Shown one piece after another: positions 22,636-33,238 of a DNA stretch of 39,603 nucleotides (position 1 is the stretch's first letter; the number at the start of each line of letters is the position of its first letter). Position numbers and translations under genes: made by a program. The notes below the pieces were generated by a model. The model worked only from the letters and a program-made list of their open reading frames with translations. It was not told the origin of the DNA and ran no database searches. Location: assembly GCA_004431415.1 (NCBI GenBank), contig QPMI01000366.1:1-39603 (forward strand). Reading direction: 5' to 3'. This DNA is from Cyanophora paradoxa CCMP329 (lineage: Eukaryota > Plantae > Glaucophyta).

Positions 22636-22820
22636 AGTGGACTAAGTGGGTGGAGTTGAGGCACTTTTTATTTCTTTTTAGGGCAGAGTCCTTTTTTAGA
22701 ATCTGTGAAAAAATGAGTCAACTCCCCCCACTTAGTCAACCTAATCGATAAATAAACCATAAATAAAAGACTGTTTGGGTCTTTTATGATAAATTTGAGT
22801 CAACCATGAGTCCACTTTTG
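22636..22820. promoter_or_regulatory. Third copy of the inverted GTKGACT motif cassette, upstream of pPolB
   Basis: GTGGACTAAGTGGGTGGAGTTGAG...GAGTCAACTCCCCCCACTTAGTCAACC...GAGTCAACCATGAGTCCACTT matches the cassettes at 16.4-17.0 kb. Function is inferred. Confidence 0.65.
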
Positions 22821-22827
22821 AGTAAAC

Positions 22828-25420
22828 CTAAACTTCAACATCAGAATCATAATCTGATGCATCAGGATCAGCAGCAGGTAGGTCCTGTTTCATCCTTGGA
22901 TTAGCTTCTTCCTCAATAGTCTCATCATCTACAAGCTTCATCTTTCTGAATTCCTCAAATACTTGTGGGAATAGGAAATGATAGTATTGTTTGCCATTTG
23001 TAGTTTTCACTTGGATATATGTAACACTTCTCATTTCAGTATAATATCGGCGACTATTATAATCGTTTTTATATTTATTGCTGGTAATAAACTCCTGGAA
23101 CCACTTCCAGGTTTCCACAAGGCTACCAGACTTGCATTTATTCTCGGAAATTAAGCCTCGATCCACAAGCCACTTAGTGAACATAAGAATGATTGGAGCG
23201 CACACCTGTTGGGCTAAATAGTATTTATTTGTAAGGGGTCTATCAGCAATCCAGTTCACATCCTCACAGTCAACTTTGGTTCTCAAATAGTGGGCAATGT
23301 TTCGAATATTGCAGTGATCATTTAGCCATTTTACAAGTGGAAGGAAGTATGACCTATCCTTTGCGAATTTCTTACTAACTTCAACAACCACAAATCGCCT
23401 ATCTCCAGCTTCAATTTTCACTGGAATGTTGTTATTGCTGGTGAATATAATCCTGGCAAAGTTGCTTTTTGTGTATGAATCTATCCCTTTGTGTTCAATT
23501 ACAATCTTATCAGAAGTTATGAGATCTTTGAGCATATCATTATTTTCGAATGTGTCCTTGCCTGAGGCTTCATTCACAACAATCAAGATCTTATCCTCTC
23601 TATTGTGGGCAAATCGACCAAACAGATCCTCTTTTGGCTTTCCAGTTGCATAACTTAGGGCATCTCCAAGTATCTTCTTTTGGAAAGTATCAACCAACAC
23701 ATTTTTACCAGTTCCCTGCTCACCAATGAAGATTAAGGATACTCCATTGAGTTCCCCAGGCTTTTGCAGCATGTGGGCAAACCATTTCAACAGATATTCA
23801 TAGGTATTTTGATCCTCACCAGACATTAAGAACAAGTGATCTAGGAAAGGCTTAATCATCTCAGCAGTTACATCCTCTGGAGCATTTTCGAATTGCTGAT
23901 GGTCGACCTTCATTCCTGGATAGAGATTAAATACAGACTTGCATTTTGCACTGAGAGTAGCAGGAGGGGGAAGGAAATCCATGTAAGTTGATCTTGTGGC
24001 TGTTGGATCCACAATCCATTTCCTAAATGATTGCTCCCATTTCTCTTTCTCATTATCTGTTCCCTCATTGACAATCACCTTATGCATCAAATGGGGAAAT
24101 GCTTTGTAGAGAGCTTCCCAATATCTTTGGGCATCCAGCAAAGTAGTTGTTCATCCCAGAGCATCACACAACCAACATTTTCAACATGATGCATTCGAGC
24201 ATTGAAATACCTCTTATGCACATTGTAATGTTCAGCCAAAGGAGGGATACTTGCAGTCTTGTAATCGATTTCATCTGTGTCCTCTGGTAGGAATGCATAC
24301 TTTTTGGGAAGAGTTCCTTGAAAAGCTCATTGTTATCTTTGCTCAACCAATAAACCAAGGATTTGAAGGTCAACACTTTGCCAGGCTCAGCCTTCTTCTT
24401 GCTTCTGCGAAGCTGTGTAAACTTTTCCTGGCATTCATCATAATCATACTTGTCACTCTGTTCTGAGAATTGGTGGAAGAGTTCAGCCTGCATTTTAGGG
24501 GTAAATTTGTTGTCTTCCCCAACATTGATGATGACCAGTCCAACATCAATCCAAGTCTTATACTCGCTGGCTCTTTCAGCATTGAGACCCATTATAACAC
24601 TTTGTAGCAGTTCGAAAGTAACAGGATTTTCGGGTTCAGTGTCTTTTTCAGCTTCTACCTTCTCAGTCTTCACTTTATCACTTTTTGGCTCCTTTTTAAC
24701 TGGTTTTGGCTCAGGAGTATAATTTGCAAATGCAGAAATATTTGATTCATCCACAAGTTTAGTAGTAGCTGAGAAGTAAGATACAAAGAAGTCCTCATTT
24801 CGCATTAACACTTTGTCACAGTCAACGAATTTCTTAAAGCAAACGTTTTTATCAACATCTTTCTTTGATTTATTTTGAGCATCCAGAGTCTCACCTTTGC
24901 AGCAATTGAGGCAGATAAGGTTCTGTGTGGAGCTGTAAACTCCACTGTCATAATCCTCATTTTTCACCAATCCCATAGCTTTGAAAAGCTTGGGGATATC
25001 TTCATGTTTGCAAGCAAGTGTTTTAATGATAAAGTGGGCTGAGATCTTGAACTTGGTGACATCCTCCTTGATCAAATAAACCCTTCTATGGCGAACTGCA
25101 ACAGCAATATCGTTAATAGAAGTGGTACCAGATCGCTTCCATAGCTTATCTCTCATCTCTCTTACAACAGTTTCCGCCTCAGCATAGTTATCAGCAATGT
25201 TCTCCTTCAAATCAGCGAATTTATCCAGGTCCAGGTAAACTCTGGTCACTTGCTCAGGTTGAATGCATTCAGCCCAGGTCTTAACCTTGCTATTATCAAT
25301 GGCTTCAAGGGCATCTTCGGCAGAATCAAATACATGGGTGACCTTGTTGCGATCACCAATGAGAGTACTAAGGAATGTAGCATTTTCAACAGGGGTGGCG
25401 AATTTCTCGATTTTGTTCAT
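22828..25420 (-). CDS. AEP-type primase + PriCT-2 + superfamily 3 helicase (D5-like); two homopolymer frameshifts at ~24303 and ~24093
   Basis: AEP motifs VYLDLD, KISAHF and DSGVY. PriCT-2 segment YKTWIDVG..FHQFSEQSDKYD. SF3 motifs GEQGTGKN, VVNEA and IIFTSNN. A bridging frame KYAFLPEDTDE...KHFP links the two ORFs. Confidence 0.88.
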
Positions 25421-25637
25421 TTTCGATTTTGGGGACTTCTACCTTTAACGAAGAAAATAATTTCGGAAGGAGGAATTGTCTTTTATATATATCCTATTAT
25501 TTGCCAAGTCCTTAAGTAGTTTTGGGTCGGGATACTGTCTCGATATATAGGTACAGTTTTAAAAAAGAGGGAAGAAAGCTGTCATTTTTTTGCCTCCGAT
25601 CAAATCGATTTCTACAAAATTTGTTTCGATCGAGAAT

Positions 25638-25964
25638 TTATTCTTCGATATATTTCCGAGGTCTTCCAACCGGTTTATGCTCTTTGGGTTTCTTGGGCTG
25701 TTCATCTTTCTTCTTGTGGTAATATTCCAGCGCTTTTGCCTTTTTTTGCTCGCGATATTCTTCATTTTCCCTGTATTTCCTCTGGTGTCTGAGGGCAATC
25801 TTTTTGAGTTCTTCTGGTGTGTGAACTGTAGCGGCTCCTTGGGATAATCGTTCCTGCTTCTTTTTATGATAGGCTTCGCGTTTTCTTTGGGCATCTTGCT
25901 CCCTTTTCAGTCTCAGCTTCTCTGCTTTTTCATCATCTGTGAGTATCTTGCGGATATTCGGCAT
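25638..25964 (-). CDS. Small basic helical protein with a C-terminal AT-hook
   Basis: QRKYRENEEYREQKKAKALEYYHKKK...KPVGRPRKY; ATG start after an A-rich leader. Confidence 0.7.
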   Translation of the reverse strand: MPNIRKILTDDEKAEKLRLKREQDAQRKREAYHKKKQERLSQGAATVHTPEELKKIALRHQRKYRENEEYREQKKAKALEYYHKKKDEQPKKPKEHKPVGRPRKYIEE

Positions 25965-26116
25965 CTCTCTTTAATAGTAGATACGAAAATAATTTTTCCT
26001 CAATACAATCTATCTACTTTTTCCTTAAGTCATTTTTTGTTGCGAACACCAGTTCCTGTCTGTAAACTTTAATAGCTGCCTCAGTAGCATACTGAGACCG
26101 CTTTTTCTCAAGTATC

Positions 26117-26362
26117 TTATAGACCTGTGGGTCCATTGCTACTATCAGTAGGCAAATAATATTTAATCGGTCTCCCTCTGGGTCTCTGCTCCTCTTTTTG
26201 GGCTTTTCTGCGATAATAGGATGCCAGGGCTTGTTGTTTCTTATACTCTCTATATGCTGGGTCCTCTCTATATCGTTTCTGCTTTGCTAGAATGTGTCTA
26301 ATAGCACCCTCAGTTAAAGGCTCATCACTAGTAAACTCGATCAAACTAATTGTATCCTCCAT
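26117..26362 (-). CDS. Small basic protein with an AT-hook-like motif, paralog of 25638-25964
   Basis: MEDTISL...QKRYREDPAYREYKKQQALASYYRRK...RPRGRPIKY. Confidence 0.65.
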   Translation of the reverse strand: MEDTISLIEFTSDEPLTEGAIRHILAKQKRYREDPAYREYKKQQALASYYRRKAQKEEQRPRGRPIKYYLPTDSSNGPTGL

Positions 26363-26627
26363 TAATATTTGCTGAGAAAACGTTTTCTGCTGGCAGAGAA
26401 CTTCTCCTTGGATACTCCTGTTGCTCCTGTTGCTCATATGTATACTCTGTGGGGTCTGCTGGCATTGACTCCACAGAAACTGTAGACCTCCTTCTCTCTC
26501 TTGCTTCTGAGGCATTATCCTCATTATCTGACATCTCAAACTCCACTGTTGTCTCACAACATCCACTGTGGCAATTGCTCACCACATGCAGACTGAACAT
26601 CTCGAAGAACTTTCGTATTATGTCCAT
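26346..26627 (-). CDS. Hypothetical 93-aa protein with an N-terminal CHSGCC motif and acidic tail
   Basis: ATG-initiated ORF packed tightly between neighbours, preceded by the shared A-rich leader. Confidence 0.6.
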   Translation of the reverse strand: MDIIRKFFEMFSLHVVSNCHSGCCETTVEFEMSDNEDNASEARERRRSTVSVESMPADPTEYTYEQQEQQEYPRRSSLPAENVFSANINGGYN

Positions 26628-26649
26628 ATCTCTAATAAAACAGAGATAA

Positions 26650-27384
26650 TTAAAGCCAAACTCGTCTTTTATATACTGCTGGGGCTACTCCCTTTTCTAC
26701 TTCAGCTTTGGTGGCACCAGGTTCAATGGTTCCCTTTTGGGTCTTTGTTTTCATTTCATCTACTGCCTGCTCATCGATTTGGTTCTCTTTCTTAGCAATA
26801 AACTGTTTATCTGGGACACCAGTAATACCCATTTTATAAACTTCCTTTCGAAGCATCTCCTTTAGCTTGGCTCTCTCTTTCTTCTCAGTAACATACTGCT
26901 CCAAAGCACTGGATTTGGCTTCCAGATCTTTGAGTTTAGCAGTCATCTCATCCCATTGAGCCTTGGGAATTCGATGAATATTTTGAGTGGGAGCAGTCTT
27001 GTATGTGACTTCACCAGCCATAGACTGAATTACCTTGTCTGATTCCTTACTAAGACCCTCACCTTTGCGAGCCAGTGAAAGATCTTGCAAGCCTAAACCT
27101 TTGTCATCAGCAGCCCCAATAATTCGCCTGGCACCCTCAGCAACAGCCTTCATCTTTGAGGCTTCAGGTGAAATGTTGAGTTGGTCACTGGTTGAAGCCT
27201 GTGGGGCTTTGTCATCAAATGATTCCTCATAGGCAGCATTGAGGGGGTCTTCTTGTTGTTGAGAGGGCTTCACTTCATTCATACCATTGAATTTCAGTGG
27301 GTCTGTGTTAATGGATCCATTGTTTCCACCACCTGAATAGCCAACAGCCCCAGCTGGGATCCCTATCTTTCGTTTGGGAGGCAT
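26650..27384 (-). CDS. Hypothetical 244-aa protein (N-terminal PPKRK NLS-like motif, coiled coil)
   Basis: Intact ORF co-oriented with the morphogenesis cluster; no family recognised. Confidence 0.7.
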   Translation of the reverse strand: MPPKRKIGIPAGAVGYSGGGNNGSINTDPLKFNGMNEVKPSQQQEDPLNAAYEESFDDKAPQASTSDQLNISPEASKMKAVAEGARRIIGAADDKGLGLQDLSLARKGEGLSKESDKVIQSMAGEVTYKTAPTQNIHRIPKAQWDEMTAKLKDLEAKSSALEQYVTEKKERAKLKEMLRKEVYKMGITGVPDKQFIAKKENQIDEQAVDEMKTKTQKGTIEPGATKAEVEKGVAPAVYKRRVWL

Positions 27385-27412
27385 TGTATCTTTATTAGAA
27401 TGAGAGATAATT

Positions 27413-28193
27413 TTATAAACCGCGTTTATATCGCATCAATTTATTGCTATGGACTTGGCTTTTCACTTCTTTGGGGGCTTCCTCTTTCTCTGGTGGTTTC
27501 AGTTCATCTTCTTTCTTTTTTGGCTTCCTGTGGAAGCGAGGAAATGGGAAATCTTTCACAAGCTCAGCTTTATCTACATAGTATTTAACTGAGTAGTTTG
27601 CAGAGGACCAAATGATATACTGATAGGAGTGAACATACTCTTCAAACATCTTGTAGAAATCCTCTTTATTTCGCATTATATTGTATTCTTCCTCTATGGC
27701 TTCCAGTTCTTTGCGATTTGCAGCACTTAGAAACATTGCATAATCCGAATTTACTCGAATAGTCGAAGAGACTTTTCTTAGCTTTTGTGTGATGCAGATA
27801 ATGGATATTTTCGAATGGCGACCTCTGGAATACAGAGATCCGATTATTTTATCCCTTGTGAGATCGACTATCTCATTATCGATTAAATCATCTAAAACCA
27901 CACACAATTGGTTAACAGGTTCACCTTTCTCTATTTTCTCTTGCCTCTCATCTAGCAATTTAGCAATGTAAGGGCATCCCATTTTCCCAGTTGCAGTGTT
28001 GCCACTTTATCCCAGAAATGATTGAAGCTGGTTCCACTCACAACTAATACAACATCAATCTTTTGGCATCATGTAATTGCTTTAACCAATACTTTACAGC
28101 TTCTGATTTACCAGTTGCTGATTTTCCTATTGCCAATACACGAAATGGTGGTTCTATCATTTCACCAGCCACAAATTCATCCAAATCAGTCAT
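27413..28193 (-). CDS. A32/FtsK-like genome packaging ATPase (two homopolymer frameshifts)
   Basis: MTDLDEF..PPFRVLAIGKSATGKS (Walker A, upstream frame), VVLDDL (Walker B), RGRHSKISIICITQ and IRVNSDY. Confidence 0.92.
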
Positions 28194-28258
28194 TGTTGTA
28201 TATCTTTCTTAATAAAGACATATAAAAATAATGCAGGGAGACTGAAAATCGTAACAAT

Positions 28259-29628
28259 CTATAAATTAATTCTGCGTAAACCATCTTTGTCGACAATAAT
28301 AAAGCTATGCATGAGAGCGCGAACATTAACATCGATTACCTTATCTGAAGGCATGTAGAGGGTGAGGAATGAAGAGGAGGAATTTGTTAAATCAACATAA
28401 CCAGACTGGGCAATATTTCGAATCGCCTTTTCTCCATCAAGGCAGAAAGGCAATCCTGAAAGGACATAGCGATCAGCAACCTTATCCATGTTAGAGCATT
28501 TGAAGGCATCAGCAATTAGCTCAGCACCTTTGAGTAGGGAAATTGGCTCAGTGGCAAAAAGTCGCTGACCATTTATTTCAGTTGTAAATGTTATGTCTTT
28601 GGAGTTGGCATAGGTCTTAAGAACACTGTGGGAGCCATTGGATTTGTCAACAGTTGCATTATCACGAACTGAAACAAGCAGAGCATATACAAGACCTGAG
28701 ATTTGAGAGAGGTTAATTCGATTGGGTTGGGCATTGCCCTTAGCAGGGAAAGCAATAGCATCAACAAATCCAATATCAAGGGAGGGAATAGCCATGCCAG
28801 TAGTCTTAACTTTTTCAATTACAGTAGCGAAAAGCTCATCAGAAACATTAATAGCATGCATATAAAGGCGAGAGAAGTAATTGAAATTTCAGGAGTTGTT
28901 GCACCAAGAGTAAAGTCTGTGATGTTTTGACCAACATTTGCCAGAACAGTTTCAGCAGGGGCAGTTCCAAGACCATCATCTTTTGAATAATCTACATCAG
29001 CTGCTGCAACAGTAAGACCACGACCACCATAGGATGTTTCAACATAGCCTTTTCCAACATCCTTAAACCAAACAGTAACAACCATTTCACCAGATAAAGC
29101 ACCAAGGGGAAGGTAGTGATTTAGCCAAGGCACTGGAATTTCAACGAAAAATGAGCCACCAAGTCGGTTGGTTCCATGAGCAGGGATGCCATGAACCATG
29201 CCCATTGATCGTTTCTTTTTAGCTAGTTGATCCTCCGAATAATAGACCAGGGGGAAATGAGCAAGGAAATCAGATGGAATATGGTAGGTGTAAGATCCAT
29301 AGGTAATTTCAAGTCGCTGAACTAAAGCACCAACTGGGCGAGTGTATCCATTGCGAACTAGATCAGTATCACCAGCAAAAGTGATAGCTGGAAGGTCAAA
29401 AGCAAGTTCGAGTTTTCCACAGAAATTGTAGCGAGGTAGCTTGAAGGAAATGCGATTTCCTACATTATTTGTGAAAGTATTACTAGGATTCACAACAACT
29501 AGAACTGGCTTAGACTTGGATTCGAGACCAAGCATAAGGGAGTTATCCAGGAAAAAGGCTTTCGCCTCCTCTGGGGTTGTTAGGGCTTCTTTCAGCGAAA
29601 GTCTTTGAAGAGTGGAAGTGATATCCAT
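28259..29628 (-). CDS. Double jelly-roll major capsid protein (one frameshift at ~28870)
   Basis: About 455 aa when joined. ISFKLPR..KLELAFDLP, LVQRLEITYG, FFVEIPVPW..YLPLGAL..MVVTVWF and GYVDLT are DJR-MCP-like. Located between the ATPase and a penton. Confidence 0.82.
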
Positions 29629-29731
29629 TATATTCTCTTTTATTATACTGCAACATAAAAAATCTACCAATGATCCTTAATTTATGCGAAGTTTGTAATA
29701 ACTGGATAGGAAGGGTGAAGCTGCGACATTC

Positions 29732-30691
29732 TCATCTTATAGTATTCATAAACTGGTCCCCAGCTGGCTCATCACCATAGCGAATTTCAAAGGTAAGATG
29801 AACAGGTTGACCCTCGAAATCAATTGGTTCATTAACAGCATTCACAATATCAACCGAGAAAGTGGATAATCCAACCTTCTTATTATAGTATTTGTAAAGT
29901 GGATGAGCCTCTGTCGAATTGTAAACTACATGCTCACCATAATCTTTGTCAGGGACCACTATTTTATGGAAGTAACCAGTCAGGAGACCATCCCCACATT
30001 GCACCAGATCACCCAGCTCCTTTACTCTCACAAACAAAACACTGTCCCTGGTCATTTCAGGCTCAAATGAAGATATAATACCGTTTACTCGAGTTCCAGT
30101 AAAGATTCCATCAGTGAGAGCATCATAGACCTGTGATTTGATTGGGGAATTACCATATCTTCCAGGGTCAAGACCAAAAAGTCGAGCTGAGCTTAACAGC
30201 TTTTGGATTGTTTTCAGGTTTGGGTCTACAGCAAGTGAGAAAGCCAGGTAAAACTTTTTTTCGGAATGGAATATAATTCGTTTCAGTGACTCATCCCATT
30301 TGCAGCGAACAGATGGTTTAGGATTTCTGTCATTAAACTTTTCATTTATAACATTCACCAGCTGTTGGTGGTTTTGAATGGGGGTTTCGCGATTTACAAT
30401 GAATTGTTTTCATTGTTCAAAATCAGCAGCTGGGCGAGTTGTTGGAATTCCTGTAGTTCCAGCTCCCGCAAGCTCTTCAGAATAATAAATACTAAAAGTG
30501 TTGTCAACTGTTATATCTCCTGCTTTGGTTTCACCACTCACCATAGGGATGCTGTTATAAAATTCGGCTGAGACCAGTCTCACAGCCCTCACATTCTCAT
30601 AAGTACTGGGGAGTCTAGCCACAAAGCTTGATGTGGGACCATCACCAGAGATTGTATTAAATGAGCTAACCTCGATGTAATCCACAGGCAT
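29732..30691 (-). CDS. Minor capsid protein (penton) 1, frameshift at ~30410
   Basis: N-terminal YIEVSS..SSFVARLP..YENVRAVRLVSAEFYNS and C-terminal LSTFSVDIVN..IDFEGQPVHLTFEI are single-jelly-roll penton signatures. Confidence 0.8.
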
Positions 30692-30720
30692 TCTTCTTTT
30701 ATCTATATTTATATATTAAA

Positions 30721-31653
30721 ATGAACCGGCTCGTTAATATTGATAGCAGGGATAGAAGCCAAGGACAAAATGAAAACTCTTACAGGGTCACCCTCACAAC
30801 TCCAGTAGAGAGACCAAGGGAATGCAGGGTTCTATATGCAGAGATTCCAAACAGCATCTATAACAGTGTGGGAACTGATCATCTAACAGTTCAGTTTAAT
30901 TACCAAGATGGTTCATATAACCAAGTGATCACACAACAAGTGTATCCCCTTCCCAGTGGCTACATCAATCAGGGTCATTTTGGGGTAACACACCCTTATA
31001 ATTATGGGCTGAACTATTCAAGCTTCCAAACCATTGCAGGCAAAACAGTAGCTTTTGAGTTCAAGATATTCTATAACCCAACTACCTATAAAGTGGAGTT
31101 TTACAGTAACCATGAGTTTCGTTTTATTGCAAGCAACCAGAGAATAGGGAAGCTTTTGGGTGTAAGTTCTACTGAATACACCAATGGGTATTATAGCACT
31201 CCTCCTGTTGGTGGATCACCCTATCGACCTGAGAACCTGTTAAAGTATGATGGCAAACCTATTACACCTGATCACCCAGCATGGGGAATCACCTTCTCAG
31301 GACCCAGACTCTCCTCAAAGCCCTTGCAGTATTATTTCACCAGTAATAAGATGTCTGATATGAATGCTGAGCAGTATCTGTACATGCATATTAAAGAGCT
31401 TGCCCCCTTTGCCAGCAGACACAATATAATTCCGAAATCGCAACCACAAAACCAGGGAGCTATCCTAAGATTGCAATTGAGTAAGGATATAGGTGGCTAT
31501 GTTTACCATAGTGGTGAGCATGCAGAATTTATTCAAATCAATGACAGAAACCTGGTGATAAGGGAACTCACAGTTGAGTTTAAAGATTACTTTGGTGAAC
31601 TGATTGATATGAATGGAATCGATAATTCGTTTCAGTTGGAGTTTATCGAATAA
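30721..31653 (+). CDS. Minor capsid protein (penton) 2
   Basis: VNIDSRDR..SYRVTL..VLYAEIPNSIYN and IRELTVEFKDYFGELIDMNGIDNSFQLEF; intact 310 aa. Confidence 0.85.
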   Translation: MNRLVNIDSRDRSQGQNENSYRVTLTTPVERPRECRVLYAEIPNSIYNSVGTDHLTVQFNYQDGSYNQVITQQVYPLPSGYINQGHFGVTHPYNYGLNYSSFQTIAGKTVAFEFKIFYNPTTYKVEFYSNHEFRFIASNQRIGKLLGVSSTEYTNGYYSTPPVGGSPYRPENLLKYDGKPITPDHPAWGITFSGPRLSSKPLQYYFTSNKMSDMNAEQYLYMHIKELAPFASRHNIIPKSQPQNQGAILRLQLSKDIGGYVYHSGEHAEFIQINDRNLVIRELTVEFKDYFGELIDMNGIDNSFQLEFIE

Positions 31654-33195
31654 AGGCACCTGTGAAATCAACTCTCATTGTGGGAGCATTCACATACACA
31701 AGGGATAAATGCGAATATATTTGATTCTGAGAGAGAAACCTATGTAAAAAGCATCCTTGATGCTGAGAGGAAATCCACTCAATAGAGCCACATCACCAGA
31801 GTTGTGAGCATTGTTAATGTTCTCACAGACATATATTTTGTTTTGCCCATCTGATCGAATAAAAGACCAGTTGATCCCATCAGTGGATGTTGCCACATTG
31901 AAAGTCTTAATAAAAGCATTTGTTTCCCCTGATCCATAGGCAATCACAGATGAGAGTTCAAAAGTATATGGAAAAGCAACTTGAAGGTATTCAGTGGGAG
32001 TTTCCCATATTTGTTCAGGAGCATAGGCTCCAGCTTCCCAGCCAAATGCTGAAGGTCTTGCCATGAAAGGCTCTTTACCTGTCACAGAGGATGAGGCAGT
32101 AAAGGCATCATCTGCAAGCTGATACCAATTAGCATCTAAAGGAGGTGACTCTGTGAGAGTGGATGAGATGTAAGCCTTTGTAGGGTTCTTTAGTTCATAG
32201 TTTGCTACTAGAAGACTGCAAAGCTTATTAATCATATCATTGTTTGCTGCTATGTATGTTTCAGTGAATGCTAGCATATCTGGGATCTTAGATGTGTCAT
32301 CCAGAGAGCTTACAATGTGATTTGGAAGAGGGACTGATAGCCTATAGTATCTTCCATAATCCTGATCATAGTTGTAGGGTAACAACTCCTCCATCTTATC
32401 AAGGGCAGAAAGCTCACTTGCAGCCATGAGCATGTTAATCAATGGGCTTCCATCTGTTGAGGCAATCCATGAGAGAATTCCCCAGCTGTTCACAGTCTCA
32501 TAAGCATAACCCACATAATCAGACTCTAAATGTGGTCCACCTCACCACAAGAGATGCTTATTACTATAATATCATCATCATCACTGTAAATCTTCTTTGC
32601 ATGGCTGTAACCACACACACTGGGATTATTGTTTCCCGAAATGGCACCATCAATGAGACAGACAAATACCCCTGATTGAAATCAACAATGCTTACAGGAG
32701 AGAAATATGTAGGAGCAGCAGAAGTAGCCCTAGCAGCAATCTTACAAGGCAGAAAGCTGTAATTGTTATCATTTGTGATAAATATTGGTTTCATATTCTG
32801 AGTATCAAAGGATGTAATCACAATGTCCTTTAAGGAATCCTGTATTAGTGATTCACCAGTAACTGAATTGATTGCAGTCTCCAAGGGTCCCACATCATAT
32901 TTTGTATTAAAAAGGGCATTTTCGATGATATTTCGAGGATTTGCGAAAATCAAGGGCAGTTGAGTTAGGTAAATATTGTGTAAATCGTTTGCTGTCAGTT
33001 TAGGTTCACCTGGTTTATCAGGATGCCTTATATTCAAACCTATTGCAATGATCCCACCAGTGGAAGTTCCACTCACAAGATCCACAAGATCGATTATTCT
33101 CCTGCCAGTTCGATTTTCGATTTCTTTGAGCAGCCTGGTTATGATAATGCCCTTGCACCTCCCCCTGACAAACTGAGAACTACTTTGAGAGGCAT
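31643..33195 (-). CDS. Patatin-like phospholipase fused to a C-terminal discoidin (F5/8 type C) domain; several frameshifts
   Basis: Patatin motifs LSLSGGGARG, GTSTG, ARATSAAPTYF and LIDGA. Discoidin motifs FTASS, YLQVAF, TSTDGINW and KYIRIYP. Confidence 0.85.
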
Positions 33196-33238
33196 CTTTT
33201 ACTTATCAGGAATTTTATAAATCCATATAGTAAAAGCC

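Noticed and set aside
26117-26566. 149-aa ORF as listed in the ORF track
   Set aside because: Its 5' part uses a non-ATG start and overlaps the 93-aa gene out of frame. The likely gene begins at ATG 26362.
27413-30691. Programmed ribosomal frameshifting or introns in capsid and ATPase genes
   Set aside because: Breaks are scattered single-base deficits across many genes without consistent slippery heptamers or splice signals; sequencing error is simpler.
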